Part shown: positions 28,881 to 38,269 of the stretch, piece after piece | How the letters are laid out: every line of letters begins with the position of its first letter | Position numbering within the stretch: position 1 is the first letter of the stretch | Origin: an uncultured candidatus Brocadiaceae bacterium | GTDB lineage: Bacteria; Planctomycetota; Brocadiia; SM23-32 | DNA length: 64,000 nt | Assembly: GCA_964510315.1 (NCBI GenBank) | Contig: CAZEAP010000004.1 | Coordinates: forward strand, 67,092 to 131,091 | Direction: 5' to 3' | Made by a program: the position numbers and the translations under genes | The notes under the pieces: model-generated | The model's input: the letters and a program-made list of their open reading frames with translations, nothing else | Told to the model about the DNA's origin: nothing | Database searches by the model: none

Positions 28881-29131
28881 AATACGGATTCACGAAGCTG
28901 CAACATCCCGTCCGGGGGCGGCAAAACGTTCGACTTGCCTCCGAGTGCGGTGGCAGGCCACCGCTCTGCCGTTGGCGGGGCTCCCGGGGTGTACGCCCTC
29001 CTCCGCCCCTGTCAACATCCGGGCGCGCGCGGCGGCTCGGATGCTTGATAGGGGGCTCCATAGTGGGTAGACTCCGGGAAGAGCAAAGGAGCGGGCCGGG
29101 ACACTACTGCGGGGATGCGACCGGAGAACGC

Positions 29132-30208
29132 ATGACCGACGAACTGAGCCACAGGGAGCGGGTGAGGCTCGCGCTGGAGCACCGGGAGACGGACCGCGTG
29201 CCGATCGCCATGGTCTGCTCCGGCATCAACGCGCCGGCGCGGGCGGAGCTGGAAGGCTACCTCGACCGCGAGCGGGGCATTACGGTCGAGCAGTACCTGG
29301 CGCCGTTGATCGACATAAAGGGGGTGGGACCGGCCTATGTCGGGCCGGCGCTGCCGGAGCGGACCGATGTCTGGGGCGTCCGCCGCCAGCCGGTCAGCTA
29401 CGGGTCGGGGCACTACGAGGAGATCGAGCACTATCCCCTGGCCGACGCCGAGACGGTCGACGATATCATCGCCCACACGTGGCCGGAGCCCGACTGGTAC
29501 GACTACTGCGTGATGCCGGAGCGGATTGCGGCGGTCCAGGAGTCAGGTCCGTTCTGCCTTATGGCGCAGAACGGCAACATCTTCGAGACCTCGTGGTATA
29601 TGCGCGGTTTCGAGCGGATATTCATGGACCTGGCGCTCCGGCCGGGGCTCGCCCACGCCATCTTCGAGCGGGTCTGCGACTTTTACTGCGAGCATTTCCG
29701 GCGGCTTCTGGAGGCGGCCGAGGGCGAGATCGACCTGGTCTTCACGGCCGACGACATCGGCGGGCAGAACGGACTGCTGATGTCGTTGGACATGTGGGAG
29801 GAGAACCTCAAGCCCTACCACGCCCGGCTGAACCGCGTGATCCACGGTTTCGGCGCGAAGGTCATCTACCACTCCGACGGATGCGTTACCGACGCGGTGC
29901 CCGGGCTGATCGAGATGGGCATCGACGTGCTCCAGGCCCTGCAGTTCGACGTGAAGGGCATGGAGCCGACCGACCTGAAGGAGCGGTTCGGGGACCGGTT
30001 GTGCTTCGAAGGGGGCGTCAGCGTGCAGCACACCCTGCCGTTCGGCACGCCGGAGGAGGTGAAGCAGGAGGTGCGGGAGAGGATCGAGGTGCTTGGCGCC
30101 GGCGGGGGTTACATCTGCGGCCCCTCCCACGCCATCCAGGCCGGCACTCCGCCGGCGAACATCGTCGCACTGTTCGACACGGCGGCCCGTCACCGGCCCG
30201 GGAACTGA
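29132..30208 (+). CDS. Uroporphyrinogen decarboxylase (URO-D/MtaA) family protein
   Basis: RERV..AL.H.E.DRVP, D.WG, DDIGGQ, HSDG, GGVSVQ..LPFGTPEEV, SHAIQ. Confidence 0.9.
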   Translation: MTDELSHRERVRLALEHRETDRVPIAMVCSGINAPARAELEGYLDRERGITVEQYLAPLIDIKGVGPAYVGPALPERTDVWGVRRQPVSYGSGHYEEIEHYPLADAETVDDIIAHTWPEPDWYDYCVMPERIAAVQESGPFCLMAQNGNIFETSWYMRGFERIFMDLALRPGLAHAIFERVCDFYCEHFRRLLEAAEGEIDLVFTADDIGGQNGLLMSLDMWEENLKPYHARLNRVIHGFGAKVIYHSDGCVTDAVPGLIEMGIDVLQALQFDVKGMEPTDLKERFGDRLCFEGGVSVQHTLPFGTPEEVKQEVRERIEVLGAGGGYICGPSHAIQAGTPPANIVALFDTAARHRPGN

Positions 30209-30219
30209 GGGACCCGCCC

Positions 30220-31062
30220 TCAGCGGGCCTCCTGCTGTTCGGCGGCGGCGGAGAGGGTAATGGAATCCCCCTTCTCGCAGCCGAGCCGCTCCGCGGCCGA
30301 TCCCTTGTTGACGGCCACCTCCAGATAGCCGCTGCTGCCGATCAGGGCCACCAGCTCGCCCTCCGGACGGTCGGCGTACGCCCTGGCCAGCCCCTCCATC
30401 CGCTGGCGCTTCACCCGCACCTCGACCTTGTCGGGCGGCACGCCGAGGCTTCTGCGCATGGTGCCTTCACGCATGTTGGTGATGAGGTTGCCGAACTGGT
30501 CGATGTAGATGATCTCGCCCCGCAGGCTGCCGTCGGCCGTCCGGACCGGGTTGGGCAGTTGGAGGCGGTGCATGTGGCTGGCCGTCGGCCCCAGCTTCGA
30601 GGGCTCCAGGCCCTTCGCCAGATGAGCGGCCACCGGCGCGAAGACGTCCCGCCCGTGGAACGTGGTGCTGGTCTCCTCCAGGAAGTAATCCCGGGCCGTC
30701 ACCCTGCGGACCTCCTCCCGCCCGCCCTCGTCGGCGATCACGCTCAACAGGCCGTTGTCCGGGGCCAGGAAAACCTGGTCGTTCGTCCGCATGTAGAGCA
30801 CGGCGCGCTCGGTTCCCACCCCGGGGTCGACCACGCAGGTGAAGATGGTCTCGGGCGGGAAAAACCGGTAGGAGGCGGCCAGCACGAAGGCCGCTTCGGC
30901 GATGTCCTGGGGGACGATGTTGTGGGAGAGGTCAATGATGTCGGCGTCGTCGCAGATGCCCCGAATGACGCCTTTCATCACGCCGACGTAGCTGTCCTTG
31001 AAACCGAAGTCCGTCAGCAGCGCGATTGGTGGAGCGGTCTTGTGGAAGGTGAACCGAGCCAT
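30220..31062 (-). CDS. SAM hydroxide adenosyltransferase (DUF62; chlorinase/fluorinase superfamily)
   Basis: LLTDFG..D.YVGVMKG, VVDPGVGT.R, PDNGLL, TFHGRD.FAP, ID.FGN. Confidence 0.93.
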   Translation of the reverse strand: MARFTFHKTAPPIALLTDFGFKDSYVGVMKGVIRGICDDADIIDLSHNIVPQDIAEAAFVLAASYRFFPPETIFTCVVDPGVGTERAVLYMRTNDQVFLAPDNGLLSVIADEGGREEVRRVTARDYFLEETSTTFHGRDVFAPVAAHLAKGLEPSKLGPTASHMHRLQLPNPVRTADGSLRGEIIYIDQFGNLITNMREGTMRRSLGVPPDKVEVRVKRQRMEGLARAYADRPEGELVALIGSSGYLEVAVNKGSAAERLGCEKGDSITLSAAAEQQEAR

Positions 31063-31670
31063 AGAGCGCTCTCAAAGCCTCTCGAAGTGACCTGAACCCG
31101 CACCCCCCTGGTCTTCCGAAGGATAATTCTAATCGCGGGGGACGTCCTTTTCAAGGCGGGGGCGTCGGCGGCCCACCTCCATCCACAGCCCGCCGGCGAC
31201 GGGGGCAAGCCCCGGGCGCCCTTGCCCGCCTCCGGCGTACCCCCGGCTATATCCTTATCCTTATGCCCGTTCGGGGCGCCGCCGTCACAACGCCAAAGGC
31301 ATATTCGGCGGGGATGGACGCTAACGGCATGGGGCCATCCCGGTCCGGCTCTGACGGGTCCCTTTGCGGCCGGCCGGAGAGAAGCTCCCCAAAACCGGGG
31401 ATGACTCAAGGAGGCCCGTCACCGCTGCAAGCAAGGGCTCCCGTGCTGAACCCCCGTTGAGGCCATGGGGCTCAAAACGGACGAACCTCCGCAGACTTGA
31501 AGACACGGGAGGGACACCGATGGACACTGGTCTACACGGAGAGACGATCAACGGACCTGTGTGAATCTTCTTTCCTTCGGACCCAAACCGCCCGCCCCGC
31601 GGCGGGCAAGCCTGGTGGTCTTTACCCGATGCGCCTGCCCGTTCCCTTCATCTCCGCGCTCAGAGCTGCG

Positions 31671-32435
31671 TTACAGGCCCATGTCCCGCAGCGCCTGCAG
31701 GCTGCGCCCGGGCACCTCGAAGCCCAGACCGTCGCTGCCCCCTTCCTCCACGACGAACCACCTGGTGTTCTGGTTCCGCTCGATGACTTCGAAGACGGTT
31801 TCCCAGTCCACATCGCCGTCGCCGAGGACGCCGCCCTCGGGCTTGTTGTGGTCCTTCAGGTGGATGGAGCGGGCACGGTTCGGAAACCGCTTGAGCATCG
31901 CGATGGGATCGCCGCCGCCACCCATGCAGTTGCCGATGTCCAGCTGCATGATGACCTCCTCGCTGGTCTGGTCGAACAGCCGGACCCATGCCACTTCGCC
32001 CTCGACCTCCTCGAAGTCGAACCCGTGGGCGTGGTAGCCCACGAACATGCCCTCCTCGGCGACCTTCTCGGCGGCGTCGTTGAGGATGTCGGCCAGCTCG
32101 CGGATGGTCTCCACCGAGGACATGCGCCGGGGATCGGCGGCGATAACCAGGCAACGGTTGCCCAGGATGCGGTTGAACTCCACCGTCGTCTCCAGGTTGT
32201 CCTTCAGCGCGACGGTTGCCAGGTGGATGCCGCAGCAGACCAGGTTGGTGTCGTCGTACATCGCGCGGATATCTTCGGCGGAGTGGCCCATCCACTCCAG
32301 CGCCTCGCCGGTGTAGCCCCACGGCTCGGCGCCCACGTAGCCTGTGTCGGCAACCTTCCGGAGCGTGGCCGGCAGGTCCTGCTTCACCTCGCCGCGCACG
32401 GCGAACAACTGCAGTGCAATCGGTATGTCGTCCAT
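31671..32435 (-). CDS. Sugar phosphate isomerase/epimerase TIM-barrel protein
   Basis: LQLFAVR, YHAH, QLDIG, IHLKD, VVEE. Confidence 0.9.
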   Translation of the reverse strand: MDDIPIALQLFAVRGEVKQDLPATLRKVADTGYVGAEPWGYTGEALEWMGHSAEDIRAMYDDTNLVCCGIHLATVALKDNLETTVEFNRILGNRCLVIAADPRRMSSVETIRELADILNDAAEKVAEEGMFVGYHAHGFDFEEVEGEVAWVRLFDQTSEEVIMQLDIGNCMGGGGDPIAMLKRFPNRARSIHLKDHNKPEGGVLGDGDVDWETVFEVIERNQNTRWFVVEEGGSDGLGFEVPGRSLQALRDMGL

Positions 32436-32644
32436 CCTCGGTCCTTCCCCTCAGCCCGTAGAGCAAATGCCCCGCCGCCCCGCGCGACGGTTCGTGGGAT
32501 TTTAAGCACTGGGCGCATCCCGTCAAGGGAGGAGGGGCAACTCGCTGCCTACTTCCGGCATTCCGCCGGTAACCTTGTCTTTTGCGCGCGGGGTACGTAA
32601 CCTGAGCCTTCCTCTCCCGCGACCAGATTTGAAGGGATGTCGCC

Positions 32645-34168
32645 GTGAAAGCCAGGAACGTACTGCTCATCCACACCGACCAGCAGCGTTGGGACAGCCT
32701 CGGGTGCATGGGCAATCCCTGCGTGCGCACGCCCAACATCGACCGGCTCGCCTCCGAAAGCAGCGTCTTTACCCGGCACGTGGTCTCCAACGCCGTCTGC
32801 ATGCCTTCGCGGGCCACGCTGATGACGGGCCTGTATCCTCCGGCCCACAACGCGTGGAACAACGGCGTGCCGCTGAACCGGCGGGTGTATGCCGACACGT
32901 CCGAGCCGCCCGGCAGCCACGTGCCGCCCCCGCTTACTCCGGAGCCGCCGACCATGGCGGACGTCTTCGCGGCGGCCGGCTACGATACGGTGTCCTTCGG
33001 CAAGCTCCACCTCACGCCGTTCCTTGCGCCCGCCTCCCGGGCCTACCCGGAGTCCAGCGCCTGCTGGGCGGAAGGGTCGCTCGACGACTGGCACGGGCCC
33101 TACTACGGGTTCCGCTACGTCGATCTACTCCCGGGCCACGGGGAGGGCCTGTGCCGGCTCGGGCACTACGGGGTCTGGCTGGAACGGGAGCATCCGGAAG
33201 TGCGGGAGCGCGTGCTGGCGCACCGAAGCGAGCGTCCCCGGCCGGTCCCGCCGGTGGGCGACCTCTACGAATCGCTGCTTCCTTCGGAGCTTCACCACTC
33301 GGCGTGGCTTGGGGAGCGGTTCTGCCGATACCTCGAGCGGGAACGTCCGACCGACAGGCCCTTCTTTGCGTTCGTCGGCTTCCCCGATCCGCATCATCCT
33401 TTCACGCCGAGCGCCGACGTGCTGGAGCAGTTCCGCGACTGTCCCGTGCACGAACCCACCGATCTGGAGGGCCGGTGCCTGCGGGGCTCGCCGGCCGAGG
33501 CGAAGCTGCGCGGCGAGGGCATCTCCACACCAATGGAACAGGTGCCGGAGGAGCAGCGAAACACGATCATCCGGCATACCTACGCCATGGTCTACCAGAT
33601 CGACATGGCCGTCGGGCGGATGCTCGACGCTCTCCAACGGGCGGGGCTGCGCGAGAAAACCATCGTGATCTTCACCAGCGATCACGGGGAGTTCCTCTGC
33701 GACCACGGCTTGTTGCGCAAGGCGTTGTTCGCCTTCGACACACTCCTCCGGGTGCCCTTCGTCATACGGGCACCGGGAGCCGGGCTGCCGGCGCGGGTGG
33801 ACGCGCCGATGAGCAACGCCGACGTGCTGCCCACGCTGGCCGCCCTGACGGGCATCCAGCCGCCGGCCTACCAGCAGGGCCGCGATATTCGCCGCATCTT
33901 GCGGGAAGGCGAATCGCACCACGCCCTCAGCTTCATCGCCGACGGGGATCCGGCGCACCTCAACTACACCGTGTACGACGACCGGTATCGCCTCACCTGC
34001 TATCCCAACGCGGACTGGGTGGAGATGTTCGATCACCGGGAAGACCCCGCGGAGACGGCGAACGTCGCCGGGGAACGAGCCGCGGACCGGCGTCGGCTCC
34101 TCGGTGTACTCAGGGAAACCATGCCCGCGTGCTGGAATCCCATCCTCGCCCGGTGCGCCGCGTGGTGA
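32645..34168 (+). CDS. Formylglycine-dependent (Cys-type) sulfatase
   Basis: TDQQRWD, CMPSRATLMTG signature, GKLH, DPHHP, TSDHGE. Confidence 0.93.
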   Translation: MKARNVLLIHTDQQRWDSLGCMGNPCVRTPNIDRLASESSVFTRHVVSNAVCMPSRATLMTGLYPPAHNAWNNGVPLNRRVYADTSEPPGSHVPPPLTPEPPTMADVFAAAGYDTVSFGKLHLTPFLAPASRAYPESSACWAEGSLDDWHGPYYGFRYVDLLPGHGEGLCRLGHYGVWLEREHPEVRERVLAHRSERPRPVPPVGDLYESLLPSELHHSAWLGERFCRYLERERPTDRPFFAFVGFPDPHHPFTPSADVLEQFRDCPVHEPTDLEGRCLRGSPAEAKLRGEGISTPMEQVPEEQRNTIIRHTYAMVYQIDMAVGRMLDALQRAGLREKTIVIFTSDHGEFLCDHGLLRKALFAFDTLLRVPFVIRAPGAGLPARVDAPMSNADVLPTLAALTGIQPPAYQQGRDIRRILREGESHHALSFIADGDPAHLNYTVYDDRYRLTCYPNADWVEMFDHREDPAETANVAGERAADRRRLLGVLRETMPACWNPILARCAAW

Positions 34169-34182
34169 ACCGTGTCGGACGC

Positions 34183-34191
34183 TGCTACAAT
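34183..34191 (+). promoter_or_regulatory. Possible extended -10 promoter for glycyl radical enzyme operon
   Basis: TGCTACAAT (TGn plus TACAAT) about 100 nt before ATG 34291. Confidence 0.4.
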
Positions 34192-34290
34192 GAAGTACAC
34201 GGCCCGAGGCTTTGTAATTGGAGACCATAGCGGCCTGTTGAGAAGCCGGACCCGATCCCCGTTCCTGAGCAGGCTCCTGGAGGAGTGCGT

Positions 34291-36456
34291 ATGTCGCGTC
34301 CGGCGTCCCTGGCGGTACCCGGTCTTGCGGATGTTCTGGAGCTGCGTCTGCCGGCCGAGCTGAAGTCCCTCCGCGACACGGCCCGCAGACGCCAGCAGCA
34401 AGAGCACGGCCGGTGCGTCGAGCTGACACTCATCGACGCCCGTAGCTGGGCGGAACACACCGACGACGAGCCGTGGCTGATGTGGCGCGCCCGAAGGACC
34501 GCCGCGCGCCTGGAGGGAATGCCCATTCACCTGGAGCCGGGCGAGACGATCGTGGGCAGGCCCCTGCTGCGAACCCCCGCCGCGGCGGAGGAAGGTCCGC
34601 TGGATGAGGCCCGAAAGGCACTCGAATCCATGCCGCCGTTCCCCGGCGGCGATCCAGGTCATTTCCACCCCGACTACGAGAAGCTGTTCCATCTCGGTAT
34701 CGGCGGCATACTCGACGAAATCCAGGAACGCGCCGCCGCCGAAGGGGAACAGCGGGTTTTCTACGATGCCTGTCGCGTCGCGATGAACGGCATGGCGACC
34801 TACGTCCTCCGTGTCGGAGAGGCATGCTCCGGCATGGCCGAGTCGGACCGCGAGCACGAAGCGACGTGGCGAGACCTCGCCGAGATGTGCCGCCGCCTGG
34901 CCTCCGAGCCGCCCGCCACGTTCCACGAGGGCCTTCAGCTCATGTTCCTGGCTCAGATAGCTCTGTGGTTCGGGGACGGGCACGCACTGACCAGTCCGGG
35001 ACGCGTGGACCGGACGCTGCGGGGTTTCTACGAGGCCGATTTGGCCGCCGGCAGACTGACGCATCGCGAGGCGCTGGAGCTGCTGTGCTGTCACTTCATC
35101 CAGATGAACCGCATTCTCTGGCCCGGCTCCGCCATAGCGGTGCTGCTCGGAGGGCGGGACGCCGCCGGGCGGGACGTAACCAACGAGCTGACCTACCTGT
35201 GCCTGGCCGCTCGCGCCGCTACCGGGCTCGTCTATCCGACGGTCGCAGTTGCCTGGCACGAGGGCACGCCGGATGAGCTGATGGACTTCGCGGTCCGGAT
35301 GCTCGGAACCGGAATCGGCGATCCGGCCCTCTTCAACGACGAAGTCATCGCGGAGGGCCTGCGCGACCACGGCGTCGCGGAGGGTGACCGCCACAACTAC
35401 GTCAACTCCACCTGCGTCGAGATCAAGATCGCCGGCGCCTCCAACATCTGGGTGACCCAGCCTTACTTCAACTGCCCCGCGGCGCTGCTGGCGGTCATCG
35501 AGCGGGCTGCCGAGGAGCCGGAGAAGGGGCCGGCGACGTTCGATGAGCTTTCGGCGCAGGTCAAGGACGAACTGGCGAGGAGAATCGCCGAGGCGGCCGA
35601 ACGCCTGGACGACCTCTGGCGCCGCAGGGCCAGGCACGGCTGCTTCCCGCTGGCAAGTTGCCTCATACGAGACTGCCTGCGGGAGGTCAGGGACTACGAC
35701 CGGGGCGGGGCGCGCTACAACTGGGTCGAGAACTCGTTCGTCGGGCTCGCCAACCTTGCGGACGGTCTGCTGGCGGTCAAAAGGCTTGTCTACGAGGACG
35801 GGGAACTGACCCCGGCGCGCCTTCACGAGATACTTGAGGCGGACTTCGAGGGCCACGAAGCCCTGCGACAGAGGATCCTTCACGAACTTCCCAAATACGG
35901 CAATGACGTTGACGAGGTCGACCGGCTGGCCGTCGAGTTCGCCGAGTTCCTTATCGAGCGCACCGAGAGACACACGGTCGGCCCGCATCGCTACGTGCCG
36001 GGATTCTTCTGCTGGGTTCAGCACGAACGGCTCGGCTCGGGGACCGGCGCCACCCCGGACGGGCGCAGAGCGGGGCTGCCGCTGGCCAACGGGGCCGGGG
36101 CGGCCCAGGGCAGGGAGATGAACGGGCCCACGGCGGCGGTCCTCTCAGCGACGAAGTGGAGCCACCAAGCCGTCCTCGGCGGGCTGGTGCACAACGCCCG
36201 GTTCGCACAGTCGATGTTCCGCACCGAGTCGGACAGACGGGCGGTGCGCGACGTGCTGGAGACCTACCTGCGTCGGGGAGGCTTCCAGGTGCAGGTGAAC
36301 GTCGTCGGAACCGAGGACCTTCGTGATGCCCAGCAGCATCCGGAGCGCCACCCCCACCTGCTGGTCCGGGTTGCGGGCTACTCCGACTACTTCACGCATC
36401 TGAATCGCAACATGCAGGACGAGATCATCCGCCGCACCGAGTTCGAAGCAATCTGA
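34291..36456 (+). CDS. Glycyl radical enzyme (PFL-like superfamily, unassigned subfamily)
   Basis: C-terminal LVRVAGYSDYF glycyl motif, active-site STCVE, TPDGRRAG.PL. Confidence 0.92.
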   Translation: MSRPASLAVPGLADVLELRLPAELKSLRDTARRRQQQEHGRCVELTLIDARSWAEHTDDEPWLMWRARRTAARLEGMPIHLEPGETIVGRPLLRTPAAAEEGPLDEARKALESMPPFPGGDPGHFHPDYEKLFHLGIGGILDEIQERAAAEGEQRVFYDACRVAMNGMATYVLRVGEACSGMAESDREHEATWRDLAEMCRRLASEPPATFHEGLQLMFLAQIALWFGDGHALTSPGRVDRTLRGFYEADLAAGRLTHREALELLCCHFIQMNRILWPGSAIAVLLGGRDAAGRDVTNELTYLCLAARAATGLVYPTVAVAWHEGTPDELMDFAVRMLGTGIGDPALFNDEVIAEGLRDHGVAEGDRHNYVNSTCVEIKIAGASNIWVTQPYFNCPAALLAVIERAAEEPEKGPATFDELSAQVKDELARRIAEAAERLDDLWRRRARHGCFPLASCLIRDCLREVRDYDRGGARYNWVENSFVGLANLADGLLAVKRLVYEDGELTPARLHEILEADFEGHEALRQRILHELPKYGNDVDEVDRLAVEFAEFLIERTERHTVGPHRYVPGFFCWVQHERLGSGTGATPDGRRAGLPLANGAGAAQGREMNGPTAAVLSATKWSHQAVLGGLVHNARFAQSMFRTESDRRAVRDVLETYLRRGGFQVQVNVVGTEDLRDAQQHPERHPHLLVRVAGYSDYFTHLNRNMQDEIIRRTEFEAI

Positions 36457-36521
36457 AGGGGCCGCGCGGTGCGGCGCGCCTGCCCCGGCGGCTCCATCGA
36501 GAAGCAGAGGGCTGTCAGGCA

Positions 36522-37376
36522 ATGAATGAAGTCGGTCGAAACATTCTTCTCACCGGAGGCTCGGGGCTCGTCGGGAGGGCTCTCGCCCGCTCGCTGCGGC
36601 GGACCCACGAGGTCACGCATTTCGACGTGGTCGATCCCGACGACGCGCTGCCGTGCGTCGTGGGTGACCTGCGCGACAGAGAGGCCCTCGACGCCGCGTG
36701 TCGGGGCAGGGACGCAGTGATCCACGCGGCCGCCCTGCACGGAAGGAAGTGGGCCGAAGCGGGGGATGACGTGGGCTTCGAGGTCAACGTGGTGGGCACG
36801 AAGAACGTGCTGGAGGCCGCCGCCGAGAACGATGTGGAACGCGTCGTGTTCACCTCCTCCATCTGGGCGACCGGTCACGGGGACAGTCCGCCGTACCTGC
36901 CCATCGACGAAGAGCTTCCGCGCCAACCCGCCGAACTTTACGGCCTCACCAAAAAACTCGGCGAGAAGATGTGCGCCTATTGCACGAGCAGGCACGGTGT
37001 CAGCACCATCTGCCTCCGGCCCGGCGGCATCCTGCCGGCCGACGCGCCTCCCGAGCGCCGGGTGGGCCTGCTGTCGGCGGCTGTGGACGTGCGCGACGTT
37101 GCCCGTGCGCACCGGCTGGCTCTGGACGCGTCGCCGTCACTGACGCACGAGGTCTTCATCATCACGGCCGACACCCCGCTGGCCGAGGTTGAACCGGAGG
37201 AGTACTCCGCCGACCCCGGGGGAGTTCTGGGCAGCCGGATCCCCGGACTGGCCGAGGCGGTCGCCGCGGGCCGACTGGAGTTGCCCGTCTTCCGGGAGTG
37301 GTACACCATCGAGAAGGCGCGCCGGATGCTGGGATACGCGCCCGACCACAACTTCGACATCGCGGACTACGCCTGA
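36522..37376 (+). CDS. NAD-dependent epimerase/dehydratase (extended SDR)
   Basis: TGGSGLVG, HAAA, FTSS, YGLTK. Confidence 0.92.
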   Translation: MNEVGRNILLTGGSGLVGRALARSLRRTHEVTHFDVVDPDDALPCVVGDLRDREALDAACRGRDAVIHAAALHGRKWAEAGDDVGFEVNVVGTKNVLEAAAENDVERVVFTSSIWATGHGDSPPYLPIDEELPRQPAELYGLTKKLGEKMCAYCTSRHGVSTICLRPGGILPADAPPERRVGLLSAAVDVRDVARAHRLALDASPSLTHEVFIITADTPLAEVEPEEYSADPGGVLGSRIPGLAEAVAAGRLELPVFREWYTIEKARRMLGYAPDHNFDIADYA

Positions 37377-37386
37377 GGGAGAAACG

Positions 37387-38121
37387 ATGAGACTGGGAGG
37401 CAAGACGGCGCTGGTTACCGGGGCGAGCCTCGGCATTGGTCGGGCCATAGCGCTCGCCTGCGCGGACGCGGGGGCGGACGTGGCCGTCACGGGACGCAGC
37501 GCCGACAGGCTCCGGCCGGTGGCCGAGCGGATTCGCGCCAGGGGTCGCAGGGCGCACGCGATGGAATGGGACGTCAGCGACGTTGCGGCTGCGCCGGACC
37601 GGCTGGAGGAGACAAAGGATGTGCTGGGCGGGCTCGACGTCGTCGTCAACAACGCCGGCGTGCTGCGGCGCGACGGTTCGGGCTTCCCCGACCTCACACC
37701 GGAGGAGTGGGACTACGTGATGGGGGTCAACCTCAGGGGCCTCTACTTCGTCTGCCAGGCCGCCGACAAAGCCATGCGGGAGACCGGCGGCGGCGTCATC
37801 ATCAACATCGCTTCCGACGCCGGCCTTCGGGGCGAGGTCCATCCCTACGGCATCTCCAAATGGGGTGTGGTCGGACTCACGAAGGGGCTCGGAAAACGAT
37901 GCGCCGACCACGGCGTCCGCGTCAACGCCATCGCCCCCGGTCCGGTGGCCACCCGGATGATGGGCTGGGCGGAGGGGGATTCGCTGGAGCGGGAGGGGCT
38001 TCCGCTCGGACGGCTGTCGCGTCCGGAACAGATCGCGGATGTCGCCGTATTCCTCGCTTCGGAGGAGTCGGCCGCGATGTTCGGCGAGGTGGTCGTGGTG
38101 AACAGCCGCACCGCGCTTTGA
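37387..38121 (+). CDS. Short-chain dehydrogenase/reductase
   Basis: TGASLGIG, NNAG, YGISK, VNAIAPG. Confidence 0.93.
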   Translation: MRLGGKTALVTGASLGIGRAIALACADAGADVAVTGRSADRLRPVAERIRARGRRAHAMEWDVSDVAAAPDRLEETKDVLGGLDVVVNNAGVLRRDGSGFPDLTPEEWDYVMGVNLRGLYFVCQAADKAMRETGGGVIINIASDAGLRGEVHPYGISKWGVVGLTKGLGKRCADHGVRVNAIAPGPVATRMMGWAEGDSLEREGLPLGRLSRPEQIADVAVFLASEESAAMFGEVVVVNSRTAL

Positions 38122-38269
38122 GGCGACGAATGGGCGGAGGCGATGTGCAATTCCCTGGAGGTCCCTCTTCCGGTTGCTCCCCGTTGATTCGCCCCGAGGA
38201 GCCTCGCATAATGCGAGAGCGGTCGGATCGGAAGGCGGTTCTGCAGCCTCTCAAAAGGGGAACAGCGGG

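Noticed and set aside
28914-28934. GGGGGCGGCAAAACGTTCGAC resembling a tmRNA 5' end
   Set aside because: No tag-peptide frame or tRNA-like 3' end follows; it lies beside the IS256 remnant
30220-31062. Halogenase (fluorinase/chlorinase) pathway
   Set aside because: Most DUF62 members are SAM hydrolases, and no halometabolite genes are nearby
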